DNA from: Gammaproteobacteria bacterium
GTDB taxonomy: Bacteria > Pseudomonadota > Gammaproteobacteria > Natronospirales > REEB76
NCBI GenBank assembly: GCA_036000105.1
Contig: DASYGE010000002.1
Span: forward strand, 264,793 to 328,792
Direction of reading: 5' to 3'
Length of the DNA: 64,000 nt
Made by a program: the position numbers and the translations under genes. This document shows, piece by piece, positions 17,729 to 26,300 of the stretch (its first letter is position 1; each line of letters starts with the position of its first letter). The notes below the pieces were generated by a model. The model was not told where the DNA came from. It worked only from the letters and a program-made list of their open reading frames with translations, and made no database searches.

Positions 17729-18247
17729 ATGGACGAGCAGAAGCTGGTAAAGGGCATCGGGGGTTGGCTTGCATTCCTGATTCTTGTGTTAGTAGCAATT
17801 AGTCCTTTAATTAGTTGGACTTCTCTAACCGGGACTATCGCTCAGATAGAAAGCAACACTCCTACCTATTTGCTTAGTGATCAATGGCAGAACTACAAGA
17901 CAGCTGAATGGGTGCTATTGATTGTCACAGTCGGTATGAGCATGTCGGCTGGTATAAGCCTGTACAGAAACCATAGACCTGGATCCGTTAATTACACAAT
18001 CTTCTGTCTTTGGGCCATTGGAATAGGTAGTCCAATTACCGACTTGCTGATAACGCTTGGCTTCTTTGGCAGCGATAAGATGAATGCTGCCTTACCGTTA
18101 ACGCTAGGCGAGTTAATACGAGGGTTCTTTGTTGCTGGTATTTGGACAGCGTATTTGATGAAGTCTAAACGTGTGCGCAATACCTATTACAGTGAGCCGG
18201 TTGCTAATGCTACGGTAGTCGAATCAGCAGACGACAATACGGGCTAG
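17729..18247 (+). CDS. DUF2569-like membrane protein
   Basis: 172 aa. GIGGWLAFLILVLVAISPL N-terminus and four TM segments. AAGGAG upstream. Confidence 0.65.
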   Translation: MDEQKLVKGIGGWLAFLILVLVAISPLISWTSLTGTIAQIESNTPTYLLSDQWQNYKTAEWVLLIVTVGMSMSAGISLYRNHRPGSVNYTIFCLWAIGIGSPITDLLITLGFFGSDKMNAALPLTLGELIRGFFVAGIWTAYLMKSKRVRNTYYSEPVANATVVESADDNTG

Positions 18248-18324
18248 CTGATTAAGGTAATCGCCCAATTAAAATTACCCATTAAGCATAATTCTAAATG
18301 GCTAATCCTTGGATCGTATAGCGC

Positions 18325-18348
18325 AATCCTAGTCCCTCTAGTTTTCTT
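18325..18348 (+). repeat. third, degenerate att-like copy
   Basis: AATCCTAGTCCC (12 nt identical to the tRNA-Gln 3' end) followed directly by TCTAGTTTTCTT (compare TCTAGTTATCTT at 16081). Confidence 0.5.
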
Positions 18349-18370
18349 CATTTAATTCTGTGGTTGCTCC

Positions 18371-18814
18371 TTATCTTATCACGGCGACTTCGCGGCCCTC
18401 CTCTTTCAAAATCATTGGAGAGGAACTCGGATAGACCACAAAACAAATCGTGTCTAAAAGTATTGGTTGACGCTGCCTATCAGTACCAAATGGATGGGGT
18501 TCTCTGTAATAAAACAAGCGCCCCTGCTGGTGGTGTAGGTCGGCTAGTAATTCATCTAGATTCCGTTCTGCTTCAGCAACTGAGGTTGTGTCGTCAAGAA
18601 CATCATTCCAATCCGAAGCGCTTTCAATAACCGCGAGAGCGGCATCGCGCACGCCGATGATCGTCCAAATGCGTCTCATGGCATCTCTAACCCCTGAAGC
18701 TGCTCCGGGTCGTGGGGCATTCTGCACCGGGGTGGCTAAACCCTCAACACTTTGAGATGTCAGCGCGTGGATATCCAAAGAAACCCTGGGGTACATCACT
18801 GGCGCCGTAGCCAC
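18371..18814 (-). CDS. hypothetical protein
   Basis: 147-aa ORF of intermediate GC at the island edge. No family recognised and the start is uncertain. Confidence 0.35.
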   Translation of the reverse strand: MATAPVMYPRVSLDIHALTSQSVEGLATPVQNAPRPGAASGVRDAMRRIWTIIGVRDAALAVIESASDWNDVLDDTTSVAEAERNLDELLADLHHQQGRLFYYREPHPFGTDRQRQPILLDTICFVVYPSSSPMILKEEGREVAVIR

Positions 18815-18883
18815 CTAGCACGGCATGAATCCATGCGATGTTATCCTCTGCGCGCATCCACATAAGCGCAGGAGTAACGGTGC

Positions 18884-20191
18884 ATGTTTAGTCTCAAGAC
18901 GTTGGTTTCGTCGATGCTATCCGCGGCGGTGATATTGGTCTCCACCACAGCTTTGGCGCAGGACCCGGCGCCCATCGACCTCGCGCAGGCGAAAGCCGTG
19001 TTTGCCGAGGCTCAGGCGGTCTCCGATCAGGAGGGCGGGCGCCTATGGGGCAAGACGCTCTATGGAGCCTTGTTCTTCGTGGATCCCGATACGCGTTTCG
19101 TGGTCGCCAACGAGCCCGATCCGGAGGGCGTGCTGCACGCGCAAGACGGGCTCTATGTCGGCACGCTTCCGCAAAGCGTCATCGTCTCGAACGCGCCGAC
19201 CGAGTGGGAAGGCAAGCGTTGGACGATGCTCATGTGGCCCTACCTTCCTGCTGATATGCTGACACTGCGGATCACGCTCGCACACGAGATGTTCCACCGT
19301 ATCCAGCCAAGCCTCGGCCTGATGGCGCCGGATTCGCCGAACCTGCAGCTCGATACGCTGGATGGCCGTCTGTGGCTCCAGCTCGAGTGGCGCGCGCTCG
19401 CCGCGGCGCTGGTAGAGCAGGGGGCCGCGCAGACCCAGGCCATCCGCGATGCGCTGGCTTTCCGCGCCTATCGCCATAAGCTCTTCCCCGGCTCGGCCAA
19501 GACAGAGGCGAGCCTGGAGATAGCCGAAGGCATCCCCGAATATACCGGCACGGTCGCGGGTGAGCCCGATCGGGATTCCGGCCGGTGGCGCGCCATCAGC
19601 AAGCAGACCGACCCGGACCAGAGCATCACGTTCGTGCGCTCCTTCGCCTATACCTCGGGACCGCCGTACGGGCTGCTGCTGGATGAGCGTCTGCCCGGAT
19701 GGCGCAAGAAGCTCACCGCTGATTCCGATCTCGGCGCTTTGCTAGCCTCGACGCTGCCGGGTGGTGTGCATACTTCCGCCGCAGCGCGTGCGCCGCTGTA
19801 TGGCGCGGCCGCCATCCGTATCGCCGAGACCGAGCGCGCCAAGAAGGCGGAAGCCGTGAAGGCCCGCTACCGTGCAGGCCTGGTGGAGGGGCCGACATTG
19901 CTCCTGCCCGGCGGGAAGCACTTCGCGTTCAGTTTCAATCCGAGCGCGATCGTCTCATTGGGAGATGCCGGCATGGTCTATCCCACCTTCCACGCCACCG
20001 ATGACTGGGGCACGCTCGATGTGAAGGAGGGTGTCCTGGTGCCGACTGATTTCAGCCACGCGACGCTGGCTGCGCCCAAAGCCACCGATGGTACGCATAT
20101 CGAAGGGCCGGGCTGGACGCTCGATCTCGCGCCCGGCTGGCACGTGGTGCCGGGGGGCAAGGCCGGGAGTTATACGGTGAAGAAGGAGTGA
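18884..20191 (+). CDS. secreted putative zinc metallopeptidase (HEXXH)
   Basis: 435 aa. Signal peptide MFSLKTLVSSMLSAAVILVSTTALAQ. HEMFH motif in ITLAHEMFHRIQP. Confidence 0.7.
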   Translation: MFSLKTLVSSMLSAAVILVSTTALAQDPAPIDLAQAKAVFAEAQAVSDQEGGRLWGKTLYGALFFVDPDTRFVVANEPDPEGVLHAQDGLYVGTLPQSVIVSNAPTEWEGKRWTMLMWPYLPADMLTLRITLAHEMFHRIQPSLGLMAPDSPNLQLDTLDGRLWLQLEWRALAAALVEQGAAQTQAIRDALAFRAYRHKLFPGSAKTEASLEIAEGIPEYTGTVAGEPDRDSGRWRAISKQTDPDQSITFVRSFAYTSGPPYGLLLDERLPGWRKKLTADSDLGALLASTLPGGVHTSAAARAPLYGAAAIRIAETERAKKAEAVKARYRAGLVEGPTLLLPGGKHFAFSFNPSAIVSLGDAGMVYPTFHATDDWGTLDVKEGVLVPTDFSHATLAAPKATDGTHIEGPGWTLDLAPGWHVVPGGKAGSYTVKKE

Positions 20192-20225
20192 GCACAGGGT
20201 CCGGATGCCACGGACCTGACGGACA

Positions 20226-20250
20226 AAGCCCCACTCCGGTGGGGCTTTTC
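20226..20250 (+). terminator. intrinsic terminator
   Basis: AGCCCCAC-TCCG-GTGGGGCT followed by TTTC. Confidence 0.75.
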
Positions 20251-20409
20251 ATACTGGTCGAGGGGGCTCGAGGGTCTGTCTGCTCCTCCCGCACGGGCCC
20301 TCACATGCGAGGTCCCCGGGCTGGACCCGCGGGCGCCAGCGACAGAGGCCTTCTAGGACCACCCGCTTCCCCGCCAGGCAACCAAGATGTTGGGTGGCTC
20401 GCGCCACTT

Positions 20410-20545
20410 GCCCGGCTGCGCATCCTGCTGCGCCGGCAACACGGCCCGTGCTCGCAGCACTACGCATCCAGCTCCGCTCGCGACCCAGGGCATGCATCCC
20501 TGCACGCCCGCCGAAGCTCTCGCTTCGGCCCATGCATGGGCGTTC
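20410..20545. repeat. GC-rich mosaic hairpin repeat (same family as 59731-59810)
   Basis: CTACGCATCCAGCTCCGCT..CCCAGGGCATGCATCCCTGCACGCCCGCCGAAGCTCTCGCTTCGG aligns, at roughly three quarters identity by eye, with CTACGCATCCTGCTTCGCT..CCCAGGGCGTACGTCCTGTACGCCCGCTCGAAGCGATGCTTCG. Confidence 0.65.
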
Positions 20546-20564
20546 GCAGCAGTGCTGCTCACCA

Positions 20565-20596
20565 TAAAAAAAGCCCCGCTTTCGCGGGGCTTTTCG
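20565..20596 (-). terminator. bidirectional intrinsic terminator directly after the 20-aa ORF
   Basis: AAGCCCCGC-TTTC-GCGGGGCTT flanked by an A-run on one side and a T-run on the other. Confidence 0.8.
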
Positions 20597-20600
20597 ATAA

Positions 20601-20663
20601 CTAGCGCTTTTTCTTCTTGCCGCCAGCTTTCTTCTTTTTCTTGGCAACTTTTTTCTTAGCCAT
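20601..20663 (-). CDS. poly-lysine micro-protein, 20 aa (MAKKKVAKKKKKAGGKKKKR)
   Basis: Below the ORF-track cutoff. AAGGAG is 8 nt upstream of the ATG and a terminator starts 5 nt after the stop. Paralogue at 31310..31483. Confidence 0.6.
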   Translation of the reverse strand: MAKKKVAKKKKKAGGKKKKR

Positions 20664-20807
20664 GGTTAGGTCTCCTTCAGTGTGGTTAATTCACTGCCTC
20701 AAAGCCGCTGACCCCGGGAGGGCAATCGACGGCAAATCAAATCGGTCATCACTAAGCCTCCCGCAGAGACGAATTTACTACAAAAATCCCATCTGCGCCG
20801 CTCAGGT

Positions 20808-21065
20808 TCACTTACCCTGCTTATACCTCGCTTTCACCGCTTCCTCTTTGCACGCAAAGCCCCCGACTCCGTCATTGGCATAGTGCTTGGAGTTGTGCGT
20901 GTACCAGAGGCGCTGGTGCGGGTTCACCCACACGATCACGTCGTAGGGGCAGTGGGATTTGGCGACATCTTCCGAATCGTACTGCGCGACCGTGGGGCCC
21001 TTGGGCGTGGCGGCTGCGACAGCCAAGGGGAGGGACAGGGCGAGTGCGAGGATGAGGATGCGCAT
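20808..21065 (-). CDS. small secreted protein (hypothetical)
   Basis: 85 aa. Signal peptide MRILILALALSLPLAVAAA. Two Cys residues. Confidence 0.55.
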   Translation of the reverse strand: MRILILALALSLPLAVAAATPKGPTVAQYDSEDVAKSHCPYDVIVWVNPHQRLWYTHNSKHYANDGVGGFACKEEAVKARYKQGK

Positions 21066-21080
21066 GGCGAAGCTCCTTAA

Positions 21081-22157
<1,077 letters not shown>

Positions 22158-22241
22158 ACGGTCGATATGGGGTGATCTTCTCGGGAACTCCCTTTCTTCC
22201 CGACTTGTCCCATCTATCACCCCCACGCCCCGGAGCCCTCC

Positions 22242-23177
22242 ATGCTGCGCTTATCGGCTTTCATGCTCATGGCCGCCTCTTGCGCCGCCAGCGCGACCGA
22301 CATCATCGCCACACCGGAGATCTTCTCCCCCGGGGTGATCTCAGGTCCCGCTCACGAGAGCTCCATCAGCTTCATGCCGGACGGCAAGACCGCATTCTTC
22401 GACCGGGGCAAACCGCCGAACGCCTCTGTGATACTGGTCTCCCATAAGGTGGATGGTGCGTGGTCGGAACCGACCATCGCGCCGTTCTCGGGGACGTGGC
22501 TGGATCACGATCCGGTGATGGCGCCGGACGGTTCTTATCTGGTGTTCGCTTCCAACCGGCCGGGTGCGAGCGACAAGCCGGAGGACAAGGGCGGTCTGTG
22601 GCGGGTGGATCGTAAGGGCGAGGGCTGGGGTGAGCCCTGGCGCCTGCCGCAGACAGTGAACGCCAGCTCCCAGACCTATGCACCCAGCATCGCGGGGGAC
22701 GGCAGTCTGTATTTCATCCGCTTCGCTGCGGATGGCTCCCACATCTTCCGCTCCCAGTACAAGGACGGCAATTATCAGGAGGCGGTGCAGCAGGCCTTGG
22801 GCGAGGCGGGCGCGCATCCGGAGGACCCGGCCATCGCACCGGATGAATCTTTCGTGGTGTTCGGTTGCGACGATCCGGCCAAGCCGGACGCTCCGGATCG
22901 TCTCTTCATCGCGTTCCGGGAAGGGGATCACTGGGGCAAGCCCACGGATCTCGGCGACGCCATCAACGCCGACAGCAAGCCCTCGGACGCGCATCTCGGG
23001 CCGGACGGCCGCACCCTGTATTACTCCAGCAGCTGGACCTCGCGCTGGTCTTACCCGCGGACCCCGGCACAGGCAGAGCAGGATCTGGCGCGCATGGATA
23101 GCTGGGACGACGGCGTGAGCAACATCTGGTCCGTGTCCCTGGCGCCCTGGCTGGATGGCCACGCCGCGAAACCCTAA
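22242..23177 (+). CDS. periplasmic PD40/TolB-like beta-propeller repeat protein
   Basis: 311 aa with a signal peptide. Repeated P(D)G..L.F.S.R motifs (PDGKTAFF, PDGSYLVFASNR, GDGSLYFIR, PDGRTLYYSS). Confidence 0.7.
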   Translation: MLRLSAFMLMAASCAASATDIIATPEIFSPGVISGPAHESSISFMPDGKTAFFDRGKPPNASVILVSHKVDGAWSEPTIAPFSGTWLDHDPVMAPDGSYLVFASNRPGASDKPEDKGGLWRVDRKGEGWGEPWRLPQTVNASSQTYAPSIAGDGSLYFIRFAADGSHIFRSQYKDGNYQEAVQQALGEAGAHPEDPAIAPDESFVVFGCDDPAKPDAPDRLFIAFREGDHWGKPTDLGDAINADSKPSDAHLGPDGRTLYYSSSWTSRWSYPRTPAQAEQDLARMDSWDDGVSNIWSVSLAPWLDGHAAKP

Positions 23178-23203
23178 GAGACGCCATATGTACATGATCC
23201 GAC

Positions 23204-23230
23204 AGGCCCGCCACCCGGCGGGCCTTTTTT
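23204..23230 (+). terminator. intrinsic terminator
   Basis: AGGCCCGCC-ACCC-GGCGGGCCT followed by TTTTTT. Confidence 0.85.
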
Positions 23231-23360
23231 ATACAGTGGAATTCACGAAAGTGCCTTGGATTCCGGCCTCCCAGGGCTGGGGGCCTCCCTTATAATCCAT
23301 AGTCCGGCTGGACATATCCCCAGCCTGGCTGCCCGGTTACCCCTACGGTTGGACCACCGC

Positions 23361-26300
23361 ATGCGTGAGCCCAGTCTTAACTGCTCTGTCCGGTTGCAGC
23401 CGTCTAACCGTCTGCGCGCGCTGGGCTGCCTCGCGGCTTGCCTGCTGTTCGCCGCGCCCGTGGCCCATGCCAACGTGATACTGGTGGCGGCTTCCACGGT
23501 GGGGCCGGGGGGCAGCGGTTGTTCGCTGGTGGATGCCATCAACGCCGCCAACAACAACGCGGCTACGGGAGGTTGTCCTGCCGGCGACGACAAGACCAAC
23601 GGCGGCGATGTGATCGTGCTCGCCGCCGGCACCTACAAGATCGGTTCTGTGGACAACGACTGGTACGGCCCCAACGGCCTGCCAGCGATCACCTCCACGA
23701 TCACCCTCGTCGGCGACCCCGGTGGCACGGTGATCATGCGCAGTTCCAACACGGGGGTGCAGGCGTTCCGCATCTTCTACGTGGGCGGCGGCCAGCTGCT
23801 CACCAATTACAACCCGCCCACGGATTTCTCTGCGCTGCCTGGCCCCGGCAACCTGACGCTCATCAACCTCACCATCGAGAACGGCCTCGCCCAGGGCGGC
23901 GCCGGCGGCAATAGCACCCAGGGCGGTGGCGGCGGTGGACTCGGCGCGGGTGGCGCCATCTACAACCAGGGCACCCTCACGCTGCAGGGCGTGACGCTGG
24001 TGGGCAACCAGGCGCTCGGTGGCGCAGGGGGCAATAGCACCACGAGCAACGCGAATCCCGGCGGTGGCGGCGGCATGGCCGGCGCCGGTGACGGTTTCGG
24101 CAATGGCGGCGGTTTCAACACCAACGGTCCCTGGCCGCAGAACACTACGCCCACGGGTGACTTCGGCAACGGCGGCAGCGCCAGCCAGGCGGGTGGCGTG
24201 GGTGGCGGTGGCGGTAGCCAGGCAGCCGGTGGATTCGGCGGCGGAGGCGGGGCCGGCGGTAGCGGCGCAGCCGGTGGATTCGGCGGCGGCGGTGGCGGCC
24301 CAAACTTCGGCGGTTTCGGCGGCGGTTTCTTCCAGGGCGGCGGAGCGGGCATGGGCGGGGCCATCTTCAACGAGGGCGGCACGCTCACGCTCTTGAACTG
24401 CACCCTCACGGGCAACAACGCCGGTGGTGGAGCGGGGAGCTTCGCGGTCATCGGCAATGGCGAAGCCCTGGGCAGCGCCATCTTCAACCTGAACGGCACC
24501 GTGAGCATCAGTTTCTCAACCCTGGCCTTCAATACTCTCGCTGGCACCACCGGTACCACCGGTGACGGCGGTGCACTCTACAGCCTGCAGCTCGCTACCC
24601 CCCACTCTCCGGCGGCGGATGCCCACAGCGCGGCGAGCGTGACGGTGGGCTCCTCCATCCTCTACGGCTCGACGCTCAATACCACCGACTCCTCCGGCAA
24701 CGTGACGAGCGCTGCCGCCACCGATTGCGTGAACAGCAGCGGCGGCTTCGCGGGCAGTCCCAACGCGCTCGGCACCACTTCCGTCACCTGCACCGTGGGC
24801 GGGGACGTGTTCCCCAACCCGCTATTGCTGCTGCCGCTGGCCCACAACGGCGGCCCGACCCAGACCATGGGGCTCGTGTTACCCCTTGGCCCCGGCGCGG
24901 CTGCCGGGGCGCCGGCCCTGGATCAGCGGGGGTATCTCCGGATCACACCGGACATCGGCGCCTACGAGATCAGCAACACCCGGAAACTGCCGCCGGCTTT
25001 CGGCGGCCTGCAGGCCACGACCCTGATCGCGGGCAGCAACGCCTCCCTGGCGTGGTTCAACCTCACCGGCAACGACTCGACGCAGCCGGCCATGACGCTG
25101 ACCGCCATCTCATCCAACACCGCGGTGCTGCCGGCGGCCAACCTCAAGCTCTCCGCCAATTGCGGCGGCAGTCTGGCGCTGGACACCTGTTCCCTGAGTC
25201 TCATGCCCACAGCCACGGTGACGGGTTCGGCCAACGTGATCCTCTCGGCCACCAACGGCTACGGCCAGACGGGCTACGGCAGTTTCCCCGTGAGCGTGAT
25301 CCCGCCGAGCCCGGTGGCGAAGAACGGCTCGGCGACGGTGGCCTCGGGCCAGACGCTGAACGGCGCGCTCACCGCCACCGATGCCCTGACGGTGACGCTG
25401 ACCTACGCCATCCTGACCCAGCCCGCCCATGGCACCCTCAAGCTCACCAGCGCCAACAGCAGCAGCTACACCTACACACCCGTTGCAGGCTTCATCGGCG
25501 CCGACAGCTTCACCTGGAAGGCCAACGACGGCAGCACCGATTCCAACATCGCCACCATCAGCATCACCGTGACGGTGCCTCAGCCGCCGCCGGGGGCGCC
25601 CACGGTGTCGGACATGAGCTTCTCGGTGAAGCTGAACACAGCCTTGAAGGGCACGCTGCAGGCCTCGGGCGCTCCTTTAAGCTTCGCCATCGCCACCCAA
25701 CCCGCCCATGGCACGGTGAGCATCACGGGCGCCACCACCGGCGCCTTCACCTATACGCCCAGCACCGGCTATTCGGGGGCGGACAGCTTCACCTACACCG
25801 CCGAGAACACGCTCATCAAGGCCACCTCCAACCCCGCCACCGTGAGCCTGACCGTGAGCGTCAACGGCACGGGGACCCAAACGGGTACAGGCTCGGGTTC
25901 CGGTTCGGGCTCTGGTTCCGGCGCGAACAGCGCGGCGCCTATCGCCAGCCCCATGACGCTGGCGAGCTACGCCAACACACCCTTGAGCAACGTGCTGACG
26001 GCCAGCGATGCGGCGGGGGACGCCCTCAGCTTCAGCGTGACCCAACCGGGCCACGGCGCGGTCACCTTGAGCAACGCCACCACCGGCGCTTTCACCTACA
26101 CGCCTGCCGCCGGCTATACCGGCAGCGACAGTTTCACTTTCACCGCGACGGACACCGTCACGAAGCTGAACTCGGGCGCCACCACCGTGAGCATCACGCT
26201 CGCGGGCCTGCCGGTGTCCAGCACCGCGGCGCCGATCACCGGCAACGCGGCGTTCACCAGCTACGTGAACGTGGCGGTGAGCGGCAGCTTGAGCGCCAGC

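Larger units (their letters stand above)
16081..18336. mobile_element. AT-rich island B (tandem to island A), with integrase remnants and small membrane-protein genes
   Basis: Visibly lower GC than the flanks. Bounded by att-like copies at 16062-16092 and 18325-18348. Contains two integrase 3' fragments. Confidence 0.55.
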
